Positions 46,943-56,846 of a stretch of DNA of 64,000 bases are shown one piece after another. Where the stretch lies: NCBI GenBank assembly GCA_964401835.1, contig CAYNZP010000010.1, forward strand, positions 9,312-73,311. Direction: 5' to 3'. Source of the stretch: an uncultured Planctomycetaceae bacterium. Its GTDB lineage: Bacteria; Planctomycetota; Phycisphaerae; SM23-33. The number at the start of each line of letters is the position of its first letter. The stretch's first letter is position 1. The translations under genes and the position numbers were made by a program. Under the pieces are notes generated by a model. That model worked only from the letters and a program-made list of their open reading frames with translations. It was not told the origin of the DNA and ran no database searches.

Positions 46943-48361
46943 ATGTTTAAAATCAAATCGCGAAACAGCACCGCAGGGCGGGAAGTTCTCGGTGGCATAA
47001 CTACCTTTATGGCTATGAGCTATATTTTATTCGTCCAGCCGGCAGTGCTTTCAAAGACAGGTATGGACGCAGGCGGGGTTTTCATGGCTACCTGTATATC
47101 GTCCGCCGTCGCCTGCATTATTATGGGTCTGCTTGCGAACTACCCCATAGCCCTTGCACCGGGTATGGGCGAAAACTTTTTCTTCGTCATCACGCTTTGT
47201 GGAGTAGGAGCCGCAGCAGGCGCTTTTAAGCTTTCCTGGCAAGAGGCGCTTGTGCTGACAGTTATTACGGGCCTGATATTTCTCACGCTGGCGCTTGTGG
47301 GATTTCGCAGCCGGCTTTTAAACGCGATACCAGACTCGCTCAAAAGCGGCATCGCAGCTGGCATCGGCCTGTTTATCGCGCTTATCGGTTTTGAATGGGG
47401 CAATATCGTCACGCATCATCCAGTTACATGTTTGCAGCTGGCTCCGATGGAAGGGAATTATGTTGCGGCTTTGGCTTTGCTGGGGCTTGTCGTCACCCTT
47501 GCATTGTCTGCTTTTCACATTCGCGGCGCGATACTAATTGGAATTCTCGTAACAACCATAGTGACCTGGCTGCTTGGCCTGCTGCCGGATATAGATACAA
47601 TCAAACTTGCCTATCCGATAGGTATTCCCAGTGGGCTCGGAGAAACGGCGGGAGGTTTTTTACAGGGTTTCGGCTCACTGAAAGAGAAGCTGCTAAGCCC
47701 TAATTGGCTGGATGTGGTTTTCTTCGCGTTCATACTTCTTTTCATGGATTTGTTCGATACTGTCGGTACGCTTGTTGGCGTCGCGAGCAGGGCTAACCTT
47801 ATGCAAAACGGCCAGCTGCCAAGGGCGGAGCGGGCACTGTCTGCAGATGCCGTCGGCACAGTTGTCGGAGCTGGCTTGGGAACGAGTACCGTAACCAGCT
47901 ATATCGAGTCAATCACCGGTGTCGCCTCAGGTGCCAGAACCGGCTTGGCGGCGATTGTTGCGGGTCTATGCATGCTGGTTGCACTGTTTTTCCAGCCTTT
48001 GGTAGGGATGGTCGGTGGGGGAGTTGTTATCGGTGACCCGAATGTAGCCAATCCCATTTTGAAATATCCGATGATCGCACCAGCTTTAATATTTGTTGGA
48101 GCGCTTATGATACGAGCTATACGTAATATTCATTGGGATGACATTACCGAGGCGCTGCCAGCCTTTCTGACGATGGTTACGATGCCGTTTGCCTATTCGA
48201 TATCGCACGGCATAGCTATCGGGTTTATCTCATACGCAGTCGGAAAACTGGTTACAGGCAGAGTAAAGCAATGCCCCATTCTGGTCTACGTCTTAGCTGC
48301 TTTGCTACTGTTTAGATATGTAGGATTTGACCTAATCAAGCTGCTAATTGGCCTTGGGTGA
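46943..48361 (+). CDS. NCS2/AzgA-family purine permease
   Basis: TTFMAMSYI, APGMG, DLFDTVGT, YIES..G...GARTG. Confidence 0.92.
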   Translation: MFKIKSRNSTAGREVLGGITTFMAMSYILFVQPAVLSKTGMDAGGVFMATCISSAVACIIMGLLANYPIALAPGMGENFFFVITLCGVGAAAGAFKLSWQEALVLTVITGLIFLTLALVGFRSRLLNAIPDSLKSGIAAGIGLFIALIGFEWGNIVTHHPVTCLQLAPMEGNYVAALALLGLVVTLALSAFHIRGAILIGILVTTIVTWLLGLLPDIDTIKLAYPIGIPSGLGETAGGFLQGFGSLKEKLLSPNWLDVVFFAFILLFMDLFDTVGTLVGVASRANLMQNGQLPRAERALSADAVGTVVGAGLGTSTVTSYIESITGVASGARTGLAAIVAGLCMLVALFFQPLVGMVGGGVVIGDPNVANPILKYPMIAPALIFVGALMIRAIRNIHWDDITEALPAFLTMVTMPFAYSISHGIAIGFISYAVGKLVTGRVKQCPILVYVLAALLLFRYVGFDLIKLLIGLG

Positions 48362-49495
48362 GCTTAAAGGCTGGCGGAGAATTACCTCTCGTCCGTGACG
48401 TTGGACTTTGATAATTACTGTCTGATTTGCACCGGTTGCGCGGACAGCGCCAACAAACTCGGCTGGGTTGCGAATCTCATAGCCGTTGAATTCTGTAATA
48501 ATATCTCCGATTATCAACCGACCGGCAGTTTCTCCAGCCGAGCCCCGAACAAAGCCGACAACCTTCACTCCATTGCCAGCAGCTTTGACCTGTGCGCCCA
48601 ATCGGGCTTGGTTTGAACTGGCCTCACCCCATGGAAGTTGTAGCGATTGGGACCAGTTTAAAAAGTCTTTTTCTATTTCGTAGATAGGCTTTAAAAAAGC
48701 CTTTTCCATAGCTTTCCTGCCGGAGGTGTCCTTGCTGAAATTTGATTTGTAATTATTGTACCACTTAGACAATTTGTCATTCTGGTAGAGATATAGCATA
48801 ATGTAACGAGACTGTGCATATGCAAGCCTGGTGTCTTTGTGAAATTCCTTACGTGACATTTGCAGGAATTTGTCCAGGGCAATCGTTTCTTTTTTGCGTA
48901 TGGCAGCCTGCAGGGTAGTAAGCCTTCCATCGACCTGCGGGATAAAGCTGCTGTCAGTGACTTTACTTGCCTCGAATAGACACGCCAGACCCTCAACTAT
49001 CCAGATTGGATGGTTCTGATCGGCTGCAGCCATGTCTGAGTGGTGCAAGGCGTGTGTAAACTCATGAACGAGTACTCTACTTCGGTCGATGGATATAAGC
49101 TCTCGCTGCGGGGGTTTATAAAAGCCTGTAATATTTTTGGCAGGAGCTAGCGGGGTATAATCTTTTGACAGGGGAAGGATAACGGTTACGTTCCATTTCA
49201 GTTCCTCGCGGAAGAGAATCGCTCTCTGGAAATCCGTGAAAGTTGAAAGGAGATTCGTGGTCTCGTTTAAGTGCTTATCGTCCAATGCGCTGATGTAGAT
49301 AATGTTTCGAGTTTCGTCGATTTTCGCTTCATAGTCCGGGCCAAATTCTGTGAGCCTGGCTTGAGCTATTTCGAGAGCCAGATTTGCTAAATCGCTCTGT
49401 TGTGCAGCACAAGGGCTCCAAGCCCATAGGAGAGTTGAAATGAGAAGGGCTGTGTATGGAATCTTACCCGCGTTTTTTGACAAATAATTCATCAT
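48344..49495 (-). CDS. Secreted zincin-like (HEXXH) protein with C-terminal PDZ domain
   Basis: Signal peptide; VHEFTHALH...WIVEGLA; PDZ-like GDIITEFNG. Confidence 0.78.
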   Translation of the reverse strand: MMNYLSKNAGKIPYTALLISTLLWAWSPCAAQQSDLANLALEIAQARLTEFGPDYEAKIDETRNIIYISALDDKHLNETTNLLSTFTDFQRAILFREELKWNVTVILPLSKDYTPLAPAKNITGFYKPPQRELISIDRSRVLVHEFTHALHHSDMAAADQNHPIWIVEGLACLFEASKVTDSSFIPQVDGRLTTLQAAIRKKETIALDKFLQMSRKEFHKDTRLAYAQSRYIMLYLYQNDKLSKWYNNYKSNFSKDTSGRKAMEKAFLKPIYEIEKDFLNWSQSLQLPWGEASSNQARLGAQVKAAGNGVKVVGFVRGSAGETAGRLIIGDIITEFNGYEIRNPAEFVGAVRATGANQTVIIKVQRHGREVILRQPLSSPKAN

Positions 49496-49687
49496 TATGC
49501 GGGTTTTATCGTCAATTGCCGGCAGGGGGGTAAGTAAGGAATCCTGCTTTTACTATTTGTTAAAGCGTTTTCTCTGTTTCTTTTGGAATAGTGGGCCTGA
49601 ACTACTTGACGCCCAAGATATTGGCAGATAGACTATTTAAGTAACAATATATAGACAAAACCGGCCATTTGTAGGGGTATCAAAACT

Positions 49688-50194
49688 ATGCAATGTCCCT
49701 TCTGTGGACACGATGACGATAAGGTTGTGGATTCCCGCAGCTCTGAAGGTGGCAGAGTTGTGCGGCGGAGAAGGCATTGTCTTGCCTGCAATAAGAGGTT
49801 CACCACCTACGAGCGGCCCGAAGAGTCTGTACGGCTTACGGTTATCAAGAAGGACGGTTCGCGTGAGCCTTACGCCCGCCAGAAGATAATCGATGGTCTC
49901 CAGATGGCCTGTTATAAGCGGTCTGTTACAGACGAGCAGATTAGCCAAATAATCGAAGCGACCGAGGAGGCGATTTTCCGCAGTTACGACAAGGAAGTCC
50001 CCTCCAATTTTATTGGCGATACTGTTAGCGGTATCCTGCGAGAAGTCGACAAGATTGCTTATGTTCGTTTTGCCAGTGTGTACAGACAATTTACGGATGT
50101 AGGTGAGTTAATAGACGAAGCGACGGATGTAAAAGACGCATCCCAGCCTGGGCCGGGCCAGCGGGATTTATTTGACGGCTCGGAAGAGAAATAA
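49688..50194 (+). CDS. nrdR: Transcriptional repressor NrdR
   Basis: MQCPFC, VVDSR, RRRRHC..C..RFTTYE, ATP cone, AYVRFASVY. Confidence 0.97.
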   Translation: MQCPFCGHDDDKVVDSRSSEGGRVVRRRRHCLACNKRFTTYERPEESVRLTVIKKDGSREPYARQKIIDGLQMACYKRSVTDEQISQIIEATEEAIFRSYDKEVPSNFIGDTVSGILREVDKIAYVRFASVYRQFTDVGELIDEATDVKDASQPGPGQRDLFDGSEEK

Positions 50195-50250
50195 GGATTC
50201 GGCTGGTATTTGTTTGAATTTTTATTGTCCCAACAGGGAGGTTTGGCGAC

Positions 50251-50802
50251 ATGGATGGATCAGGGAAGATCCGTATCATAAAACGCGACGGTGAAGTTGA
50301 AGATTTTGACCCTTCAAAGCTGGCGGGCACTTTCTGGAGGGTAATGAAGGGTTGCGAGGGATGCACCTTCTATCATGCCATTCAGCTTTCTGTCGCAGTC
50401 GAGCTTTACCTCGAGAAAACACATCCTCATTGCATTTCGAGTGCGGCATTGTTCGAGATGTGTCTTAAGGTATTCCGCCAGGTTGAATTGGTCGAAGCTG
50501 CCGAATTGCTGGAAGACCATCAAAATTGGCGCAGCCAAAGGCGGTTACAGGTAAAGGTCAGGCATGACCGTGGTGAAATTACACTGTGGGACAAAAATTG
50601 GCTGGCTCGGGTGGCCAGTGGATATTGGAACCTTTCACTCACTACCGGTCGGATTCTTGCAGCTGACATCGAAAAACAACTTCTAGAAGATGCCGACGAA
50701 ATAATTCCAAGAAGCATGATTATCGAAATGCTGAACGCTCGCGTCGCACAGTTCGGTCTGGCCGATGCCGTGCCCGTGCGTCCCAAGGCGACATCAATAT
50801 GA
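50251..50802 (+). CDS. ATP-cone domain protein
   Basis: IIKRDGEVEDFDPSKL at the N-terminus. Confidence 0.75.
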   Translation: MDGSGKIRIIKRDGEVEDFDPSKLAGTFWRVMKGCEGCTFYHAIQLSVAVELYLEKTHPHCISSAALFEMCLKVFRQVELVEAAELLEDHQNWRSQRRLQVKVRHDRGEITLWDKNWLARVASGYWNLSLTTGRILAADIEKQLLEDADEIIPRSMIIEMLNARVAQFGLADAVPVRPKATSI

Positions 50803-50815
50803 AGTAAGGAAACCA

Positions 50816-51913
50816 ATGGCTCAAACCAAGCACAACGAAGTAATCCACAAGATTCAGTCAGAGGCGGAAAGTGTCTATAAAAAGATTACAAAACGCCAAA
50901 AGCCGACTATGAAGCTGCCGATTCGGGCACTTTCCAATGTCAAATACAGTCTCAGGCCAGGCCATTTTCAATTGCGCGGTAAAAACAAGATCCGTACCTT
51001 GACGGTCAACACTGTCAAGACATTTGCCCAGACACTAAAGATGCTCGCGATGAGTGACAACCTAATCCAAAGCGGCCGCCATTCAACAAAGCGAGAAGCG
51101 TATTATCAGGCCTATAACTGGGGCGAGGCTGCCTTCTCCAGCCAGGAAGAGTCCGATACCGTCATGGACGATGTCGAGGCCATGCTCACTACAAACCGCG
51201 AGCAGTTGTGCTTCAGGGCAGACGAACACGGCGGGGACGTTGCCGGTGAGTTGATAGTTATTGACCGCGACCGCCGAACCGGAAAGAAACTGGAAATAGA
51301 TTGCACTAAATTTGGCAGCGGGGCTTACAGCGTACCGACGGTTGTAGAAGATTTGAAATTCAAAACCAATGCGAAGTTTATCCTCGCAGTAGAAACCAAG
51401 GGTATGTTCGAACGGCTGGTTGAGGAGGACTTCTTCGATACTAATCATTGCATATTGGTTTCGATGAGCGGAGTTCCCAGTCGAGCCTGTCGACGTTTTA
51501 TCCGCAGACTTAGTGACGAGAAGAAATTGCCCGTATACGTTTTTACTGATGGTGACCCTTATGGGTATTTTAATATTTACCGGACACTCAAGGTAGGTTC
51601 GGGCAATGCGGCTCACCTTAACGAATATTTCTGCGTTCCAAAAGCCAGGTTTATTGGTGTTACGCCAGATGACATCGTCGATTACAAACTGCCGACCCAC
51701 CCGCTTAAGGATGTCGATAAGAAGCGTGCGATGGACGCAATGAAAAATGACCCGTTCATTAAGCATCACAAGCCATGGCAGCAGGCTGTTACGAAGATGC
51801 TCAAGATGGGTGTTCGTGTCGAACAGCAGGCGCTGGCCAAGCACGGCCTGGAGTTCGTAGCTAGGACATATCTGCCCCAAAAGCTAAAAAAAGCTTCATC
51901 CTTCCTGCCATAA
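50816..51913 (+). CDS. top6A: DNA topoisomerase VI subunit A (Spo11-like)
   Basis: TKREAYY catalytic Tyr region, QEESD, AVETKGMF, TDGDPYG TOPRIM, EQQAL. AAGGA SD before MAQTK. Confidence 0.9.
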   Translation: MAQTKHNEVIHKIQSEAESVYKKITKRQKPTMKLPIRALSNVKYSLRPGHFQLRGKNKIRTLTVNTVKTFAQTLKMLAMSDNLIQSGRHSTKREAYYQAYNWGEAAFSSQEESDTVMDDVEAMLTTNREQLCFRADEHGGDVAGELIVIDRDRRTGKKLEIDCTKFGSGAYSVPTVVEDLKFKTNAKFILAVETKGMFERLVEEDFFDTNHCILVSMSGVPSRACRRFIRRLSDEKKLPVYVFTDGDPYGYFNIYRTLKVGSGNAAHLNEYFCVPKARFIGVTPDDIVDYKLPTHPLKDVDKKRAMDAMKNDPFIKHHKPWQQAVTKMLKMGVRVEQQALAKHGLEFVARTYLPQKLKKASSFLP

Positions 51914-51926
51914 GCAGGATTTTCGA

Positions 51927-52604
51927 TTAATCTTCCGGCAATTTGCCGCGATAGTCCAGCATCGGAATAGGCGAAACTACACTGGTTGCGATGTTAGACA
52001 AATGGGCGGCTACTCTTTTGCAGAATCTGGCTGTAAGAACGTGTGCAACAGCTTCATCGGCAGCGATCTGGTCTTCAACGCTAAGAAGCTGTTGGACGAT
52101 AAGGTCACACTTTTTAGTAATCCCACCAGCTTCGTCCAACACCTTATAGGCGATATCCTTGTCTGCATCCATAAAGGCCTGTTTTGCCTGCGGGAAAAGA
52201 GAAAGCACTTCGGTGCGGATATCATGGAGTGGCTTGGAAAATTCGGGATGATGATATTCGTGGCGGTAGAACTTGCCTATTTCAAAGATGTTCTTGCCAT
52301 AGTCGCCAATACGCTCAGCATCTTTGACTACGCTCATAAGCACCAGGCACGCCGCCATGTCAGACTGATGGCCGACGCTTAAGTGTGTTATGATCTGCTC
52401 GCGTATCTTCCGTTCGATCTCGTTGATACTTTTATCGTTGGCGTACAACTCGTCGGAGACTTTGCTCCACTCTGCCGAACGCATCAACACCTCGAAGGCA
52501 CGCTCAAATATCCCTTGGCCTATATCGAGCATCTGGCCGAGTTGGCCTATCATTTCTGAAAGTTCATTAACACCGCGTAACGCCCTGAATATCTCTTTTA
52601 GCAT
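51927..52604 (-). CDS. PhoU-domain protein
   Basis: DKSINEIERKIR, KDAERIGDY, KRVAAHLSNIA. Confidence 0.85.
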   Translation of the reverse strand: MLKEIFRALRGVNELSEMIGQLGQMLDIGQGIFERAFEVLMRSAEWSKVSDELYANDKSINEIERKIREQIITHLSVGHQSDMAACLVLMSVVKDAERIGDYGKNIFEIGKFYRHEYHHPEFSKPLHDIRTEVLSLFPQAKQAFMDADKDIAYKVLDEAGGITKKCDLIVQQLLSVEDQIAADEAVAHVLTARFCKRVAAHLSNIATSVVSPIPMLDYRGKLPED

Positions 52605-52630
52605 TCTGAAGTCTCCTAAACTTCCCTAAG

Positions 52631-53908
52631 TTATCTTATGAAAATGTTTACAGCCAAGATAGTTAATATCGGAACCGCTAAGAAAACAACCAAAATATAA
52701 ACAGCAGCCATAATCCGCCTACGTGAGGCAAGTTTGGCATATCCTTTTGCCAGAGAAATCGGAATCCACTTTAGAGGCCAAAATATACAAGTTCCAAAAA
52801 TATTGAACAGAAGATGCCCGAGCGCTACGGCAAGTCCACTTGCAGCGGCCAACTGCATAGCCTGCCCGCCTCCTGTTGCTAATGCCGCTGCCGCCAAACC
52901 TGCCAAGATGGATGTTATAGTAGTTCCGATATTGGCCCCAAGTGTATAAGGATAAATCTGATCAATCCTCAATACTCCAGCTCCAATTAGCGGAACAACA
53001 AGCGAAGTTGTAACAGAAGAACTTTGAACCGTAGCCGTTACAATTATGCCGACGATGAAGCTTATGGATGGGCTTCTAAAAAGTGTTCTGCTGAATAAAC
53101 CACTCAGGCGACCTTGTAATAAACCCCTGAGCATTTTTACCATGAAAAAGAGCGCGACGAATAAAAGAATAATAGCGACTGCGGCTTCAATAATACCGGC
53201 AACGGTAGGGGGAAAGCCGAAAAAGTCCAATAAAAGCCAATCTAATCCCTTGCTGACCGGTTTAACGGCCATTTTGACGAAAGAGAATTTTTTAGGACTG
53301 GTTTCAAAAAAAGCTTTTCCACCAAGCCAATCGGCGAGCACATTAGCCGGTCGGGAAATAATCCCAAAGGCTACTTCGAGTGGCAGAAGTATAAGGACAC
53401 TTAGCACATTGAAAATATCGTGGACTATTGCACCAGCCAGAGACCTTCGAAATTCCAGTCGCCGTGTTAAATGCGCCAGGGAAACAAGAATATTGGTAAC
53501 CGAAGTTCCAATATTGGCGCCCATAATAATCGGAATCGCCATTTCCAGGTTAATCTGACCGGCGGCGACAAGAGTGACGGTAAAAGACGTTGTAAAGCTA
53601 CTGGACTGCACAAAGGATGTAACCAGGATGCCCACACACAACCCAGCCAGCGGATGAGCGGCATAGCCGAAAAGCTGATCCATGAAATCCTTACTGGAGG
53701 GAACCAATGCAACTGTCTTCAAGCCATGGCCCATCAGGTTGATGGAGGCAATGAAAAGATAAAGAGCTGCCATAATCACCAGGCTACGGAACCAATCTTC
53801 GCCATGATGCTTTAGCTTTTCCATAAATGTTTGCGGTTCGGGATTGACCAGCGCCCCATCAATTCCAGGAGAATGTACAAATGCGTGAAGTGACCCTATA
53901 GTTCCCAT
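52631..53908 (-). CDS. Na+/Pi cotransporter (NptA/SLC34-like)
   Basis: VQSSS twice and GANIGT twice. Confidence 0.92.
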   Translation of the reverse strand: MGTIGSLHAFVHSPGIDGALVNPEPQTFMEKLKHHGEDWFRSLVIMAALYLFIASINLMGHGLKTVALVPSSKDFMDQLFGYAAHPLAGLCVGILVTSFVQSSSFTTSFTVTLVAAGQINLEMAIPIIMGANIGTSVTNILVSLAHLTRRLEFRRSLAGAIVHDIFNVLSVLILLPLEVAFGIISRPANVLADWLGGKAFFETSPKKFSFVKMAVKPVSKGLDWLLLDFFGFPPTVAGIIEAAVAIILLFVALFFMVKMLRGLLQGRLSGLFSRTLFRSPSISFIVGIIVTATVQSSSVTTSLVVPLIGAGVLRIDQIYPYTLGANIGTTITSILAGLAAAALATGGGQAMQLAAASGLAVALGHLLFNIFGTCIFWPLKWIPISLAKGYAKLASRRRIMAAVYILVVFLAVPILTILAVNIFIR

Positions 53909-54057
53909 TTAATTTTTCCCAAAAAAGCCTAAGAATTAGATTCCATTCCGCGGGAATGATAAAGTCAGTGAGCAAAATCGGCAAGGCGAAAGCTAAATAA
54001 AGCTTAAAAAACCTTTAATCTTAATAGGAACTTGGCAATTTCCCCATTTGGGGGCAT

Positions 54058-56775
54058 TTATTTGGCATCCATCCAGTTTTTGCCGACTCCGATGTCAACT
54101 TTCAGCGGCACTTTTAGCTTGATTGCCCCTGTCATCTCGGCCTCAATCATGTTTCGTTCGGTTTCAATCTGGTTTTCAGGGATTTCAAATAAGAGCTCGT
54201 CGTGGATTTGCAGCAGCAACCGGCTGGGGTGGTTTTCGCTTTCTATGCGTTGGGCGATATTTATCATTGCCTGCTTGATAAGGTCAGCAGCTGAACCCTG
54301 AACAACTGAATTAATGGCCAATCTCTCAGCTGCTGCACGGCGAATGGCACTGCGGGCGGTAATATCAGAGATTCTCCGCCGCCTACCCAAAATCGTCTCG
54401 ACGTAGCCATTTTTCCTGGCCTTGTCGCCGCAGGCCTTGAGGAATTCCTCAATTCGCGGGAACCGGTTTTTATATTTCCTAATGAACTCAGCTGCCTCAG
54501 TCCGTGGGATTCGCAGTGTAGCCGAAAGCCCAACAGCCGTCTGGCCATAGACAATGCCGAAGTTTACCGTCTTTGCCCTGGCCCGTTGGTCCGCAGTTAC
54601 TTCATCGACTGAGACGCCGAAAACCTCCGCTGCGACAATCCGGTGGATGTCATGGCCCTCCTTGAAGGCCGCCATAAGTGTTTCTTCCTCGGCCAGGTGT
54701 GCAAGGACTCGCAGCTCGACCTGAGAATAGTCAGCCGAGAGAAGCACAAAACCATCGTCGGCAACAAAGGCAGAACGAATCTTTCGGCCTTCTTCAGTGC
54801 GGATGGGGATGTTCTGCAGATTCGGGGAGCTGCTCGAAAGCCTTCCCGTAACAGTAGCTGCTTGATGAAAACTTGTATGAATGCGGTTTGTCTTCGGGTT
54901 GATGCATTGGCTCAGGCCAGCAAGATACGTGTTCAGCAGTTTTGTCAGCTTTCGATAGTCAAGCAGCAGGGCCGGAAGCTCGTGCAAAATAGCAAGCTGC
55001 TCCAGCACAGATGAATCCGTGCTCGGGCCGGTCTTTTTCTTTTTCAAAACGGGAAGATCGAGTTTTTCAAAAAGTATCTCTGCAAGTTGCTTGGGAGAGT
55101 CCGGGTTAAAATCCTGACCGGCAGAGGAAATTATCTGCACTCGCAAATCGTCTGCCTTGGCCGAAAGCTCAGTTTCCATCTTCCTCAATGTTTCAAGGTC
55201 GAGTTTGATTCCAGCCATTTCCATGTCGGTAAGGACTGGCATGAGTTTCATTTCGAGGTTTTCAAAAAGATCGGTGAGGTTTTCCTTTTCCATATCTTTT
55301 TCCAGCAAATCAGCCAGCCGTAGCGTTACGTCAGCATCTTCGGCGGCGTAGGAACTCACAAGCTCAACCGGCACGGTGTCCATGGTTGTCTGTTTTTTGC
55401 CTTTGCCTATAAGCTCACTAATGGGCGTGCAGTGATGGCTTAGATACTCCTCGACCAGTACGTCCAACTTGAAGCTGGTTCGTGTTGAATCCAGAACATG
55501 AGCTGCCATAAGGGTATCGAACATTTTGCCGCCAAGTTCGATGCCGGCATTTTTCAGGACGATCATGTCGTACTTTAGATGATGACCGATTTTGGTGATG
55601 CTTTCGCTTAGAAGAATCGGTTCGAGCTTTTTGCGAACGGTTTCTATATCGAGTGTTTTGGCTCCAAGAGGGCCTTTGACTGGGATATAAACGCCGCTGC
55701 ACGGCTTCCACGAAAGCGAAATGCCCACAAGTTCAGCTCGCATCGGTTCAATCGCGGTTGTTTCCGTATCGACAGCTAGGCGTTTGACTTTTTTTAGCTC
55801 TTCAACCAGGCAGTCCAGTGCTTCCAGAGTGTCAATGCAGCTATATTCGAAATCTTTGGTTGTTGTGGGTGCTGATTTTTTTGTTTTTTGTGGAGCTTCA
55901 ACCTTTTCAGTTGTAACACTTGCGTTTTGAAGTCTTTCTACAAGTTTTTTGAAACCCAGTTCCTCGAAGATCGGATAAATTGTCTCGCTCTGTAATCCTT
56001 CGAATTTCAAATCTTCGAGATTGAGTTCCATAGGAACATGTCGGTCAAGTGTGACGAGTTTTCTTGCAAGAGGGATGTTGTCGGCGTTTTTGAGTACTTT
56101 TTCCCGCATCTTGGGCGTCAGTTCTTCTGCATGCTTGACAACCCCCTCAGCCGTGCCATATTGATTGATAAGTTTGGCAGCTGTTTTTGGGCCAACACCT
56201 GGGATGCCGGGGATGTTGTCTGTCGTATCGCCGGAAAGTGTTTGAATCTCAACAGCCTGGGAAGGCGTATAGCCTTTGTTCTTTTCGATTGTTTCAGGGT
56301 CGAGGATTTCGTTTTTCATCGGATCGAGCAGGCTGACATTTTTGGTGAGGAGCTGATCCAGGTCCTTATCACGACTGATGAGCATGACATTGAAATCCTG
56401 CGAGGCGAACTTCTGGGCCGCTGTTGCCATTATGTCGTCTGCCTCATAGCCGGTTACCTCGAGTATCGAGATGCCCATCGTCTTGACAATCTCAATTATC
56501 CGCTTTACCTGCGGAAGCAGGTCTTCTGGCATGGGCTTGCGGGTGGCTTTGTATTGCGGATAAATCTTGCGACGCTCGAGCTTTTCGCTCGGACCATCGA
56601 TGGCCATTGCCAGGTATTTAGGTTTGTAATCATCGATAAATTTCAGCAGCATCTGGCTGAAAACATAGGTCGCGCGTGTTGGTTCCCCCGACGGGCTTGT
56701 AAGGTCGCGGAAGGGGGCGTAGTATGCCCGGTAAATCTGAGAGTGGCCGTCAATTATGTAAAGTGTTTCTGCCAT
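54058..56775 (-). CDS. polA: DNA polymerase I
   Basis: 5'-3' exonuclease region (IDG, EADD), DTET 3'-5' exonuclease motif, ADYSQVELR, QIHDEL. Confidence 0.97.
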   Translation of the reverse strand: MAETLYIIDGHSQIYRAYYAPFRDLTSPSGEPTRATYVFSQMLLKFIDDYKPKYLAMAIDGPSEKLERRKIYPQYKATRKPMPEDLLPQVKRIIEIVKTMGISILEVTGYEADDIMATAAQKFASQDFNVMLISRDKDLDQLLTKNVSLLDPMKNEILDPETIEKNKGYTPSQAVEIQTLSGDTTDNIPGIPGVGPKTAAKLINQYGTAEGVVKHAEELTPKMREKVLKNADNIPLARKLVTLDRHVPMELNLEDLKFEGLQSETIYPIFEELGFKKLVERLQNASVTTEKVEAPQKTKKSAPTTTKDFEYSCIDTLEALDCLVEELKKVKRLAVDTETTAIEPMRAELVGISLSWKPCSGVYIPVKGPLGAKTLDIETVRKKLEPILLSESITKIGHHLKYDMIVLKNAGIELGGKMFDTLMAAHVLDSTRTSFKLDVLVEEYLSHHCTPISELIGKGKKQTTMDTVPVELVSSYAAEDADVTLRLADLLEKDMEKENLTDLFENLEMKLMPVLTDMEMAGIKLDLETLRKMETELSAKADDLRVQIISSAGQDFNPDSPKQLAEILFEKLDLPVLKKKKTGPSTDSSVLEQLAILHELPALLLDYRKLTKLLNTYLAGLSQCINPKTNRIHTSFHQAATVTGRLSSSSPNLQNIPIRTEEGRKIRSAFVADDGFVLLSADYSQVELRVLAHLAEEETLMAAFKEGHDIHRIVAAEVFGVSVDEVTADQRARAKTVNFGIVYGQTAVGLSATLRIPRTEAAEFIRKYKNRFPRIEEFLKACGDKARKNGYVETILGRRRRISDITARSAIRRAAAERLAINSVVQGSAADLIKQAMINIAQRIESENHPSRLLLQIHDELLFEIPENQIETERNMIEAEMTGAIKLKVPLKVDIGVGKNWMDAK

Positions 56776-56846
56776 ATTAATTTGTATTATCCCTGAATTC
56801 CGTGCAGTTAAATTCGGTCAATAAATTAAATTTTAAACGCTGGTAA

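Noticed and set aside
51083-51880. 265-aa minus-strand ORF and similar long antisense ORFs (e.g. 56038-56796, 16015-16638)
   Set aside because: They are shadows of better-supported genes on the opposite strand and have no motifs of their own.
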